From: a virus
Virus record (IMG/VR): IMGVR_UViG_3300009109_000001
Span: 94,043 to 158,042 of that record
Length of the DNA stretch: 64,000 bases
Direction: 5' to 3' (one strand)
A program made the position numbers and the translations under genes. Positions 47,557-56,579 of this stretch are shown here, piece by piece. Every line of letters begins with the position of its first letter. Position 1 is the first letter of the stretch. Below the pieces are notes generated by a model. It worked only from the letters and a program-made list of their open reading frames with translations, made no database searches and had not been told where the DNA came from.

Positions 47557-48162
47557 ATGTTTATTAGTTTTATGCTTCACGGATATGGTGGAGAAGTTGT
47601 ATTAGGTAAAATATCTAAAAAAGCGGCAGAGTTTTGGCAATCTGACGAGATGGAAGAACACTTTCATGATTATGTTTTTAGTGCAGAATGGTGGGAAGAT
47701 GAAAACCCAACCATTAAAATACCCAAGTACGCCAAGATTGGTGTGTGGCATGATATAGATGATCTTGGACACGAATGGGGAGCGGCACAAAGCGGTGCGT
47801 ATCTTACTATAAATGAAATGAGTGATGGTACTTGGGATGCAGATCATGTACGTGACATTTATTATGGTGAGTTTATGGATTATGTAAATGAGCACGAAGT
47901 AGAGATTCATTCTGATGAACAGCATCCTAATCCAAAAGGATATACTTTCTGCGGTGTTAATTCTGAGAAAGGTTCATTTTATCACGGTGTTATAGAAATC
48001 GAAGGAGAGTTTGATCCTAAAAAAGTTTCTTTTGGTGTCACAGAAATCCATCAGGATACTCTTATTACACAAATTTTTTATGGTGACGAAACTATAGATA
48101 ATGATGGCGGCGGCACTGATGGCAAGGCCATGGATTTTGAAATTATAGAGCCTTGGGAGTAA
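47557..48162 (+). CDS. acidic hypothetical protein
   Basis: GYGGE...SEKGSF...DGGGTDGK. Confidence 0.75.
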   Translation: MFISFMLHGYGGEVVLGKISKKAAEFWQSDEMEEHFHDYVFSAEWWEDENPTIKIPKYAKIGVWHDIDDLGHEWGAAQSGAYLTINEMSDGTWDADHVRDIYYGEFMDYVNEHEVEIHSDEQHPNPKGYTFCGVNSEKGSFYHGVIEIEGEFDPKKVSFGVTEIHQDTLITQIFYGDETIDNDGGGTDGKAMDFEIIEPWE

Positions 48163-48170
48163 ATACATGT

Positions 48171-48533
48171 ATGAGTATCAAACTTGATCCAGTTGATTTA
48201 ATGGTTTATGCAGATGTAGCACAAGCATTTGAAAGTTGGTTGATCAATAATCCTCCGGAAGATGGTGAACCAAAAGGTATAACACAGTCACGAGTATTTG
48301 CAAAGTCGTATCTTAATTTATATTTAACATTTTTGGAAATGTTTTCATATGTGCCAAGAGATAAAGTAGAATATGAATCACATACGTCAGAAGGTGTTAA
48401 ACGTAAATTTGAAAATATAAGTGAAATTTATACTGATTTAAAAGTAAATTCAAAATTAACCGATACTGAGAAAACGGTAATTGAGGAAGGAATCTCACAA
48501 GCATTTAATCGAGTAAAACCAACACTACATTAA
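48171..48533 (+). CDS. hypothetical protein
   Basis: Start trimmed to the ATG 5 nt after TAAATA. Confidence 0.65.
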   Translation: MSIKLDPVDLMVYADVAQAFESWLINNPPEDGEPKGITQSRVFAKSYLNLYLTFLEMFSYVPRDKVEYESHTSEGVKRKFENISEIYTDLKVNSKLTDTEKTVIEEGISQAFNRVKPTLH

Positions 48534-48537
48534 TATT

Positions 48538-48981
48538 ATGACCCCAGAAATGAGAAAAGCGTTAGGAGAACTAACAGATTGCCAATTACTTCACGTAGTA
48601 AGTGAGATAATGGGTTATCATTACCAAGAAACATACGCCATTGCCCACAAGCAAGTTAGTGTTGAGGGTGATCCTTGGGAATCATGGTCACGCAATTTTA
48701 GTTTAGTTAAAGGTTCAGGCAATAAACTACCTGTTGCTGTTCGTTATGAATTAGAAGAAGCAATGGATAAATTCAGAAATGAAGATAGAATTAAACCAAA
48801 ATACTTTACTGCTATACATAGAGCAAATGCTTATGTAAATGCCGTAGGACACAATGGCGATCCAGGATATAAAAAACCTACTTTATTTGGTGCTGGTGCT
48901 GGTACTATTTTAAAATGGATGGCTTGGCTATGGTTTGCATATTTTATATTGGGATTCATCGCTCGCTGTGGTGGCCCATAA
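48538..48981 (+). CDS. hypothetical protein with C-terminal TM segment
   Basis: ORF track. Confidence 0.65.
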   Translation: MTPEMRKALGELTDCQLLHVVSEIMGYHYQETYAIAHKQVSVEGDPWESWSRNFSLVKGSGNKLPVAVRYELEEAMDKFRNEDRIKPKYFTAIHRANAYVNAVGHNGDPGYKKPTLFGAGAGTILKWMAWLWFAYFILGFIARCGGP

Positions 48982-49026
48982 ACCTCCTTTTTGGAGGTTT
49001 ATTTTTGACTTTTAATAAATAACGAC

Positions 49027-49215
49027 ATGAAGAGATTGCTCGATAAGTTTAAGCAGGAAGAGCCGCCTCCTCAAAGAAAATTTGTAGCAGAAATTAGAGA
49101 CACGTTTAACGAAAAGAAGATCTATAGAGCGAGGTGGGTATGGTATCATACAATCCTTGCCGCGGAATTGTTTTTAATTATTATTTTGTTAATTGGGATA
49201 TTGATAAAAATTTAA
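49027..49215 (+). CDS. small membrane protein
   Basis: C-terminal hydrophobic helix; TAAATA upstream. Confidence 0.6.
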   Translation: MKRLLDKFKQEEPPPQRKFVAEIRDTFNEKKIYRARWVWYHTILAAELFLIIILLIGILIKI

Positions 49216-49230
49216 GGAACATAGTTAGGC

Positions 49231-49701
49231 GTGGCCACAACACCTATACACAAGCACTTAATCATAAGAGCAGAAGTAACAGATCCACCCGGAAAAGACG
49301 ACATTCAACGAATGATCGATTGGACTACTGAGTTAATCGATGAAATAGATATGAAACTCCTTGATGGCCCTTTTTGTAAGTATGTGGACATTGAAGGAAA
49401 CTCCGGACTCACCGTTGTAGCAATTATAGAAACCAGTCATATTGCAATGCACGTATGGGATGAAGCATCACCCGCGTTAATGCAATTGGATGTGTATACC
49501 TGTGGCCCATTTAAACCAATTTTAGTATTTGAGAAATTACGAGATTTTGGATTAACTAAACTTGAATGGAAGTATTTAGACCGAGAGACACAATTAAAAT
49601 TAGAGCATATTGGCGTTTGGGACAATCCAGCGAAAGGAACAGGCTGGGAAAGTTTACGTGAGGCACAACTGCCTAATCATGCAACACTCAACAACGGATA
49701 A
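49231..49701 (+). CDS. speD: S-adenosylmethionine decarboxylase proenzyme
   Basis: GLTVVAIIETSHIAMHVW (self-cleavage Ser), QLDVYTCG. Confidence 0.88.
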   Translation: MATTPIHKHLIIRAEVTDPPGKDDIQRMIDWTTELIDEIDMKLLDGPFCKYVDIEGNSGLTVVAIIETSHIAMHVWDEASPALMQLDVYTCGPFKPILVFEKLRDFGLTKLEWKYLDRETQLKLEHIGVWDNPAKGTGWESLREAQLPNHATLNNG

Positions 49702-50026
49702 AGAAAAAGAATATAAACCAACTCTAATACAATGCCCAAGGTGTACTGCGTCTGGATTTGCTATTCATGACGATAAAACACATTGGAAGTGCCTAGTCTG
49801 CGGGCATGTTCAACCACATAAAGGAGCAAATGGAAACAAAATGAGCCATTGGCCATATACTACTGAGGAGTGGGAGATGGTTTCAAAAGCAAACTATGTC
49901 CACTTCAAGGACCCAGACATAGGTCCAGATCAATTAAAAGACACAAACGGAATACCAGAAGAAAAAGAATCAAAATTTACAAACTTAACCCAGCCAATTA
50001 AGGACTGGTTATTTAAGAGGTGGTAA
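49679..50026 (+). CDS. hypothetical zinc-ribbon protein
   Basis: CPRC...CLVCG; start uncertain. Confidence 0.5.
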   Translation: MQHSTTDKEKEYKPTLIQCPRCTASGFAIHDDKTHWKCLVCGHVQPHKGANGNKMSHWPYTTEEWEMVSKANYVHFKDPDIGPDQLKDTNGIPEEKESKFTNLTQPIKDWLFKRW

Positions 50027-50027
50027 C

Positions 50028-50207
50028 ATGTCAGATACCGCCGACTGGGAGGCCCTTAAGAAGAAAGCATTCGAAAGGGAGTTAGCAAACGACATATGGA
50101 AAAAATTAAAAGGACGTGAATTACCTGATACGTGGGATGAAAAACAAGTGCAATCAATTATAGAAAGATATTGGCACAAAGCAATAGCATTTAGCGAAGG
50201 ATATTAG
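50028..50207 (+). CDS. hypothetical 59-aa protein
   Basis: Hand translation MSDTADWEALKK...ERYWHKAIAFSEGY; SD GAGGT; fills an intergenic gap. Confidence 0.65.
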   Translation: MSDTADWEALKKKAFERELANDIWKKLKGRELPDTWDEKQVQSIIERYWHKAIAFSEGY

Positions 50208-50722
50208 TGCCAGAACATATTAAATTTACTTTTAAATCAACAAATAAAGAACGTGCCATATTGTGGCCAAAAATCAATGATAAATTTATTATGCTTGATG
50301 AGACTCCACTGTGGCCTGCTTGCATAGCAACAGGAGATCATCGACAAGTTGCGGATATATGGATGGAAGTGCCAGATGATTTTGAAGATGGGGAACATAC
50401 ATTACAAATTGATATGATTCCAATGAATGAGTTTATAGAATCAAAATTAGAATCAATTGAAGTAAATGGTATAGAATTTGAATTTACTGATCAACGGTGG
50501 GGGGATGTTGTAACAACATATCAACAAGAAAGTGCTGATGTTTATATTGATCATTATAATGGGGAATTAGTTACGATGAATTTAAATAGAGACAATCAAT
50601 TAGATAGTAATAAATATTGGAAGTTTAAATGGTTTGAAGAACCGAGTATATATGGTAGAGGTTCTTGGACTTTTACATTTTCATTACCATATATGGCATG
50701 GTATAAAAGTATATTTTATTGA
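50207..50722 (+). CDS. hypothetical protein
   Basis: ORF track; GTG start coupled to the upstream stop. Confidence 0.65.
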   Translation: MPEHIKFTFKSTNKERAILWPKINDKFIMLDETPLWPACIATGDHRQVADIWMEVPDDFEDGEHTLQIDMIPMNEFIESKLESIEVNGIEFEFTDQRWGDVVTTYQQESADVYIDHYNGELVTMNLNRDNQLDSNKYWKFKWFEEPSIYGRGSWTFTFSLPYMAWYKSIFY

Positions 50723-50728
50723 GAAATT

Positions 50729-51067
50729 ATGATTACAGTAACAGAAGCCGCACAAAAAAAGATAAAAGAAATGTGCGAAGAAAATGATATGCCAGCAGTA
50801 CGCCCGTTTGTTCATGGTGGCGGTTGTTCAGGCATGTCACATTCTATGACATTTGCTGATGAAAAAGATTGGAGAGATACAGAAGTTGCTCCTTATGTAT
50901 ATGTAGATCCTGTTTGTATGCAATACATGGACGGAGCAACTATCGATTATGATACTTCAGGTATGAGCCCAACATTTGTATTTCAAGATGTATTTAGAGC
51001 ACAAGGAGGCACTGGTGTTTGTGGAGGATGCGGAGCGGCAACTGGCCCTGGCTATTCACCCCATTAA
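50729..51067 (+). CDS. HesB/IscA Fe-S carrier protein (second copy)
   Basis: MITVTEAA, GGGCSGM, GATIDY, CGGCG. Confidence 0.88.
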   Translation: MITVTEAAQKKIKEMCEENDMPAVRPFVHGGGCSGMSHSMTFADEKDWRDTEVAPYVYVDPVCMQYMDGATIDYDTSGMSPTFVFQDVFRAQGGTGVCGGCGAATGPGYSPH

Positions 51068-51094
51068 ATAAATACATTAAATGGGAGAGTAGTT

Positions 51095-51880
51095 ATGATT
51101 AGTGATGCAGAAGCATTCGAGTATCTTAAATTAGAACTAAAAGAAACAGTTTTATCTCACCCAATCATTAAAAGAAATAATTATCTTTGGTGGTTTTCAC
51201 AAACAACAGACTTAACCAAAGAAGATCTTATTATTTTAACAAAAGAGTTTTCAGTATTTTCAAATCAATTTATAGTTGCTCAACTACACAAAACACTTAA
51301 TGCTAATAGTTTGGAACAGATGCATGATGCCAAAGAAATATTAGTAAATGAATTGGGTGTACTTTTTACAAACGAAACAGTGGATAACAGCACATTTAGA
51401 TTTAAGGCCGCTCATTTTGAGTGGCTTGTTCATTTTGCAAGCAAGTTAGGCTTGGAATTTAATGATATTGGTAAACGCAAACATGGCAGTCCATCAACAT
51501 TATTTTATTGTGACGAACTAATACGTATATATGGCAGTCCAGATTTTAACACAGCCGCCGGTGCTAGTTTTGCTGTAGAGAATTGGGCCAATGCTGGTTT
51601 TTGGCAACAATTAATGGATGGCATAGAAAATTTTAATGAGTATAATACAGAGGGTATTACATTACCATTGCAGTTTTTTTCATTCCATGATAAACTAGAA
51701 GCACAACACGCACAACATACTTGGGATGAATTGCGTGATTTACATGATAAAGAACCAGAATTTGATAAAGATAAGTTTATTGCCGCTGGTATGGAAATGT
51801 TAGATGGTGTTTATGCTTTTTGGGAAGGTTTAGATCAAAATAGAATTGCCAGATATTGGAGAGAAACTCGAGGCGGTTAA
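51095..51880 (+). CDS. heme-oxygenase-like diiron oxidase (PqqC/CADD/TenA-like fold)
   Basis: VNELG, AHFEW, FAVENW, FH..LEAQHAQH metal-ligand pattern. Confidence 0.7.
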   Translation: MISDAEAFEYLKLELKETVLSHPIIKRNNYLWWFSQTTDLTKEDLIILTKEFSVFSNQFIVAQLHKTLNANSLEQMHDAKEILVNELGVLFTNETVDNSTFRFKAAHFEWLVHFASKLGLEFNDIGKRKHGSPSTLFYCDELIRIYGSPDFNTAAGASFAVENWANAGFWQQLMDGIENFNEYNTEGITLPLQFFSFHDKLEAQHAQHTWDELRDLHDKEPEFDKDKFIAAGMEMLDGVYAFWEGLDQNRIARYWRETRGG

Positions 51881-51892
51881 TTAAATATCTAT

Positions 51893-52348
51893 ATGGAAGT
51901 TAAATTAGTATTTGATATAAAACCTGATATCAATGTACTAGTAAATCAAATTAAAGTAGATACAAAATTATCATTAATAGTTAATAGTGATACAAAAACA
52001 CTTCTTCCTGAGTGGATGGACATACAAGCACGAGATGATGATAAATTATTTACTAATGGCTATATATTAAGTTTTAATATAGTAGTAGATGAGCATGTTG
52101 TTTCTGATCAACGTATTACTATTATGCCATATAAATGGGGTTTTCCTAAAAATCTTACTTTAAGTAGTATTATATTTGATAATATTAAGATAGATGCTAG
52201 TGAAGGTATTCTTACAGTACATGATATAACAACATATAAATGCGGAGATCGTGTACAAGAAGGAAACATTCTTAATGATCCTAATAGTTCACTTGAAGTT
52301 AAATTTAAAACTCCGCTATATGATTGGTTATTGGATTCATTATTATGA
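51893..52348 (+). CDS. hypothetical protein
   Basis: ORF track; TAAATA upstream. Confidence 0.65.
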   Translation: MEVKLVFDIKPDINVLVNQIKVDTKLSLIVNSDTKTLLPEWMDIQARDDDKLFTNGYILSFNIVVDEHVVSDQRITIMPYKWGFPKNLTLSSIIFDNIKIDASEGILTVHDITTYKCGDRVQEGNILNDPNSSLEVKFKTPLYDWLLDSLL

Positions 52349-52998
52349 TTATTGAACACAGTAATATATTTCCAATATTTGTTAGTGAGTTTGATTTAAC
52401 TGATCACGAATGTAATTCATTAGTAATTAAGAAAATAGATACTTATTATGAAAAGAAAGACCCTACTTTATACAATAATAATAGAGAAAGATTTCTAAAT
52501 GAACCAGACTTGATAGAATTATGGAAAACATTTCAAGAATGTTGTGATATATATTGTGAAAACGCAAATATAAAACCTGTTATCGTAAGTTCTAATTGGA
52601 TCAATGCATTGCAATTAGATGATAATCTTAGAGCACACAGACATCCAGTAAGTGTAATAAGTGGTGTATACTACCCTTATGTTGAATTAACAGAATCTCC
52701 ACTTATATTTGAGAATCCTGCTAGTCCAATAATAAAAGAACATAATATACGCCGTATACTGAAAAATTTTAATAATACATCAGGATTATCTAAAAAAGAT
52801 TACGAAGTTAATGATATAGAGTTTCATCCACAAAATGAATCATTAATTATTTTCCCTTCATATTTAAATCATTGGGTTAACTCAAGTACTACAAATAAAA
52901 GATATACTGTAGTGTTTAATACATTGTTGTATTCTGAAAGAAAATCATTTAAACCACACCTTAGGGATTATAGGATAGAGCCACACGAAGATAAATAA
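52345..52998 (+). CDS. putative 2OG-Fe(II) oxygenase
   Basis: AHRHP..ISGVYY, IIFPSYLNHWV...RYTVVFN. Confidence 0.85.
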   Translation: MIIEHSNIFPIFVSEFDLTDHECNSLVIKKIDTYYEKKDPTLYNNNRERFLNEPDLIELWKTFQECCDIYCENANIKPVIVSSNWINALQLDDNLRAHRHPVSVISGVYYPYVELTESPLIFENPASPIIKEHNIRRILKNFNNTSGLSKKDYEVNDIEFHPQNESLIIFPSYLNHWVNSSTTNKRYTVVFNTLLYSERKSFKPHLRDYRIEPHEDK

Positions 52999-53033
52999 TA
53001 TTAATAAAATTTAATTCATGAGAGAATTTAGAT

Positions 53034-53789
53034 ATGTCAAACCCAACGAATATACGAACATTGCTTGAAACTTTGGATGTTATTAATGAGGCCGGAGGCT
53101 CTCCCCATTCGGAAGCTAAACCTGGCTATAACGATGATGGATCCCGAAAAACTGGCTTTTCTCTTGCTAGAGCACAAGATGAATTGGCTCAGATTCAAGC
53201 ACAAATAGCCGCTCTCCAAGCAAGAGCACAGAAAATACAATCCGCTCAACCAAATGTAATACCAAGTGATATAACAGGTATGGCAGGCAGTGGTGATGTA
53301 AACAAGGAACTTGCGGCGATAAAGGCTGAACGTCGAGCGATAATGAAAAAAGCATGGGAAACAGGTGATCCCAGTTTAATAACTAATGCTGACGACAGAG
53401 AATCTTTAGGATTGCCTCCACTTGCTCAAAGTGTTGACGGCAAAACACCACAAAAACATATGCATGATGGTCCAAGAGATCCAGTTATGGATGGACCACC
53501 ACCAGATATTGCTGGTGAAAAACCTGATCTTTGGGCCTACGCTAATAGAAAAAATAAAGAGCAATATGAGAAAGAACTTAAGGCAAGAGAGGAAGCCAAA
53601 GCAAAAGGATTCATACCAGAACCTTGGTCACATGCGGCAAGAAGGGGTATGCCAGATGCACCAGACCTTTTTAAATGGGCAAAAAAGAAAGAAATTGAGA
53701 AAGCCGCTCAACCAAAGCCTGAGCCAAAGAAGGGATTATGGGGTAAACCAATGAATCCTGAAACCGGCGCAGATGCACGAAATAAATGA
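53034..53789 (+). CDS. hypothetical low-complexity protein, candidate head internal protein (IRTLLE..INE)
   Basis: ORF track. Confidence 0.7.
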   Translation: MSNPTNIRTLLETLDVINEAGGSPHSEAKPGYNDDGSRKTGFSLARAQDELAQIQAQIAALQARAQKIQSAQPNVIPSDITGMAGSGDVNKELAAIKAERRAIMKKAWETGDPSLITNADDRESLGLPPLAQSVDGKTPQKHMHDGPRDPVMDGPPPDIAGEKPDLWAYANRKNKEQYEKELKAREEAKAKGFIPEPWSHAARRGMPDAPDLFKWAKKKEIEKAAQPKPEPKKGLWGKPMNPETGADARNK

Positions 53790-54487
53790 GACTTAAAGAA
53801 ATTTATATTAAAGAAGAAGCAACCGCTGGTGCAACAGCCAGTGGTAATATTGCTTCTATTGCAAATCCACACGTTACTAACCCCTCACGTAACTCAGTAG
53901 CATATACTGGCAAACCTGGTGTATCAGGCAAAGGTCCAGTAAAACAATATGTAGCAAAAAAGCAAAAACCCACTGACAATGCTTTGGATGGTGATGCTTT
54001 GTTAATGTCTAGCAAAGAACCAAAAATGATTAGACGTCAAATTCAAGAAGGCTCATTATATGAAGGTTGGCCACTTATTGCAGGTTTAGCGGCTTTGGGT
54101 GGTGCTGGTTATGCTGGTTATAAGAAATTAAAAGGCGCCGCAGATAAAACTGTGAAAAAAGTTGCTGATCGCAGATCTAAGACGGATGCGGCGATTGATA
54201 CGGCCCTTGGAACTCCCACACCTAAGAAAAAGGCTAACGAAGGCATTAGGATTGAGCCACGTAGCGAAGCAGGGAAAGCAAGTGCATTTAAGCAAGCAAT
54301 GGCAAACGCATCTAAAAATAAAGAAACGCGAGCAATTAATACAGAAAAATCCAAAAGACAAACTGCTCAAGCCGCTGGATATAAAGCAATTGTGGGCGGA
54401 AAAGATCTATCTCAGATAGCCAAAGGCCCCGCTACTAAAGCACCAAAATCACAGAAAACCACCGACCCCTCCGTCCGCGATAGATAA
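53786..54487 (+). CDS. basic hypothetical protein with capsid-targeting-like N-terminus (MRLKEIYIKEE)
   Basis: ORF track; internal IQE, LYE and ANE sites. Confidence 0.7.
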   Translation: MRLKEIYIKEEATAGATASGNIASIANPHVTNPSRNSVAYTGKPGVSGKGPVKQYVAKKQKPTDNALDGDALLMSSKEPKMIRRQIQEGSLYEGWPLIAGLAALGGAGYAGYKKLKGAADKTVKKVADRRSKTDAAIDTALGTPTPKKKANEGIRIEPRSEAGKASAFKQAMANASKNKETRAINTEKSKRQTAQAAGYKAIVGGKDLSQIAKGPATKAPKSQKTTDPSVRDR

Positions 54488-54581
54488 CCCACTGATTTCA
54501 TTGACTTTTTAACTTATTGATTTCATTGACTTTTCTGCGAATTCCGACTTTTTTCACTAATCCTTTAAAATCAAGCATTTA
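54485..54581. promoter_or_regulatory. cluster of IHF-consensus-like sites with a 17-bp direct repeat
   Basis: TGATTTCATTGACTTTT at 54493 and 54518; WATCAA-N4-TTR matches at 54510-54522 (minus) and 54569-54581 (plus). Confidence 0.6.
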
Positions 54582-54595
54582 GAGCACAAAAAAGA

Positions 54596-54623
54596 GTGAC
54601 AGATCTGCTCGATATGCTATAAT
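54596..54623 (+). promoter_or_regulatory. sigma70 promoter with extended -10
   Basis: GTGACA-N16-TATAAT with TGn before the -10. Confidence 0.7.
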
Positions 54624-54658
54624 AGTGGTATAGTTAAGTAAACCCAAGTACAGAAACT

Positions 54659-55009
54659 ATGTCAAAAACCCTTACATTCGCCCCAGGTTGGACCCAAACC
54701 ATCAATACCTCGAATGAGGTTGATGAGCGGAACGACCTCCTCTCATACATTTCGGATACGTATAAAGGACTGTACGGTTTCCGTCCTCGCTTTGATCAGC
54801 GTGAATACACTCTTACAGATCTGCGTAGGCAGGCTGATGAGTTGCAGGCGGACGTATTGCGCGAAGCGGAATACGCGAAGCAGGAGTTTCTCCGCAAGAA
54901 GCGGGAGAAAGCCGCTCACAAGCGGGCAATGAAGTATTACATGAATCTCAAACCGCGTAGCAATGCCATGGAAGTGGCAATGCTTGACGCACTCGACAAG
55001 GTAGCCTAA
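54659..55009 (+). CDS. hypothetical (probably early) protein
   Basis: YISDTYKGLYGFRPR; first gene after the promoter. Confidence 0.7.
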   Translation: MSKTLTFAPGWTQTINTSNEVDERNDLLSYISDTYKGLYGFRPRFDQREYTLTDLRRQADELQADVLREAEYAKQEFLRKKREKAAHKRAMKYYMNLKPRSNAMEVAMLDALDKVA

Positions 55010-55010
55010 T

Positions 55011-55241
55011 ATGTATAACGATTTTGGAATGTTTACCGACAAAGGTAATAACGAAGTGGGCAAGATAGTTTTAAAGGCTATCAAAGATATGCACACATGG
55101 CCCTGGGTACTGAAGAAACTGGAAGATCTTGGCAAGCGTAAAGGTACCGAAGAGGCAACTGATACGATGGTCCGTGAGATATGTTTTGATACTATGGATC
55201 GAGCCGGCGCCCTTCCTGAAGGGCAGTCATTTTGGGGATGA
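55011..55241 (+). CDS. hypothetical protein
   Basis: FGMFTDKGN..V...EATDTMVRE. Confidence 0.7.
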   Translation: MYNDFGMFTDKGNNEVGKIVLKAIKDMHTWPWVLKKLEDLGKRKGTEEATDTMVREICFDTMDRAGALPEGQSFWG

Positions 55242-55245
55242 TATA

Positions 55246-55578
55246 ATGTCATACGCAGAACATTTGGAAAAATACACAGGTGATTACTCGCCTAAATTAC
55301 CGATCAGCAAAGACAATCGGTACAAAGGTTGGTATCTCGAACAGCACAGTGAAATGGAAGCAGATGGTGATTGCTCCAAAATTTATCATGTTGCTCGCTC
55401 GTGGCCCTCAGGTGATGTCAGTATTGATTGGACACCGTATGAGTATATGACGGATGAAGAATTCAAACTGTGGATCGAACTTAAGATGCCTGGTCGCATA
55501 TCTGCTGGCCCGCTTCGTACAGAAGATCTCTGGACACTTGCCAAGGAGTATATGAACAATGACGGTATACCAGCATAA
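55246..55578 (+). CDS. hypothetical protein
   Basis: Start trimmed to MSYAEH. Confidence 0.65.
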   Translation: MSYAEHLEKYTGDYSPKLPISKDNRYKGWYLEQHSEMEADGDCSKIYHVARSWPSGDVSIDWTPYEYMTDEEFKLWIELKMPGRISAGPLRTEDLWTLAKEYMNNDGIPA

Positions 55579-55786
55579 GCAAGATAAAAATCTCATAGTC
55601 TGTAGTGAATGTGCCGAGTCACACGCTATAGACTTGGATGAGTATGTTGAGAGCGCATTTAGTGAATGCTCTATTTGTGGCTATGTGGATGTAAAGGCCC
55701 GTGAAGAGTATATGTGGTGGTCTCATAAACTTGATAGTGAAATGAGTGATTGGGAGGACGGCAGTCTTCCTATGGAGAAAGAATAG
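55559..55786 (+). CDS. small zinc-finger-like protein
   Basis: CSEC...CSIC. Confidence 0.6.
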   Translation: MTVYQHKQDKNLIVCSECAESHAIDLDEYVESAFSECSICGYVDVKAREEYMWWSHKLDSEMSDWEDGSLPMEKE

Positions 55787-55873
55787 GCTCCCATGGTGGA
55801 ATTGGTATACACAACAGACTTAAAATCTGTCGGCGAAAACGCCTTGCTGGTTCGAGTCCAGCTGGGAGCACCA
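55787..55873 (+). tRNA. tRNA-Leu(UAA)
   Basis: ACAGA-CTTAAAA-TCTGT; long variable arm; encoded CCA. Confidence 0.95.
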
Positions 55874-55877
55874 ATAG

Positions 55878-55952
55878 AGGGGTGTAGTGTTAATGGTAGC
55901 ACGGCGGTCTCCAAAACCGCAAGTCAGGGTTCAAATCCTTGCACCTCTGCCA
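55878..55952 (+). tRNA. tRNA-Trp(CCA)
   Basis: GCGGT-CTCCAAA-ACCGC; encoded CCA. Confidence 0.95.
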
Positions 55953-55959
55953 AACTGAT

Positions 55960-56304
55960 ATGAAAAGAATACTAACATTATATTTCACGTATAAAGGACT
56001 CAGTGGTTTTGAGGTTGATCAATACGTGCCATTTACTACTGCGGTGGTAAATGATGATGAGGAATACGAAAGAACACAAAATTGGCTTGCTACTATTTTA
56101 GACGCTCGTCTTAAGTGTGATCAAGATATTTCAAGTTTTGTTATAACTGAGATGGAAGAAACCGAAGAAGAAACCGCAAAGCAAGAAGAAAGCCTTGGTG
56201 CTTTTATTGAGACAAAAAAGAAAACAATCCCTAAACCTGAAGGTAACATAGTTACCGTAGATTTTGGAAAGAAAGATGGACCCGACGACACAAAAGATAA
56301 TTGA
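55960..56304 (+). CDS. hypothetical protein
   Basis: Start trimmed to lie outside the tRNA. Confidence 0.65.
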   Translation: MKRILTLYFTYKGLSGFEVDQYVPFTTAVVNDDEEYERTQNWLATILDARLKCDQDISSFVITEMEETEEETAKQEESLGAFIETKKKTIPKPEGNIVTVDFGKKDGPDDTKDN

Positions 56305-56536
56305 TCATTACAGAGCCATCAGTAAAAAGATGATGGACAATGTAGCGGCAAGTCAAGGAGATTTGATATTTGCGGCAGGCCAGGCTAAAGTAATACCACC
56401 TGAGTTAGTTGCAACATATGAATCAGGATCAGTTCAAGGTCTTATGTACAAAGTATATAAGGATTGGAAGGACAATTTAACTTGTAATTGTCCGGGTTTT
56501 GTTTACAGGAAAAAGTGTAAGCATATAAGCGGTTGA
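56276..56536 (+). CDS. SWIM zinc-finger protein
   Basis: TCNCPGFVYRKKCKH. Confidence 0.8.
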   Translation: MDPTTQKIIDHYRAISKKMMDNVAASQGDLIFAAGQAKVIPPELVATYESGSVQGLMYKVYKDWKDNLTCNCPGFVYRKKCKHISG

Positions 56537-56544
56537 TTATATGC

Positions 56545-56573
56545 TTGACAGGATGAGCAAAATGCAGTATCAT
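56545..56573 (+). promoter_or_regulatory. sigma70 promoter, predicted leaderless start
   Basis: TTGACA-N17-TATCAT, 6 nt before ATG 56580. Confidence 0.65.
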
Positions 56574-56579
56574 AATAGT

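Noticed and set aside
54743-55252. 169-aa minus-strand ORF and other short alternative-frame ORFs in the track
   Set aside because: They overlap better-supported plus-strand genes that follow a clear promoter, and have no recognisable motifs.
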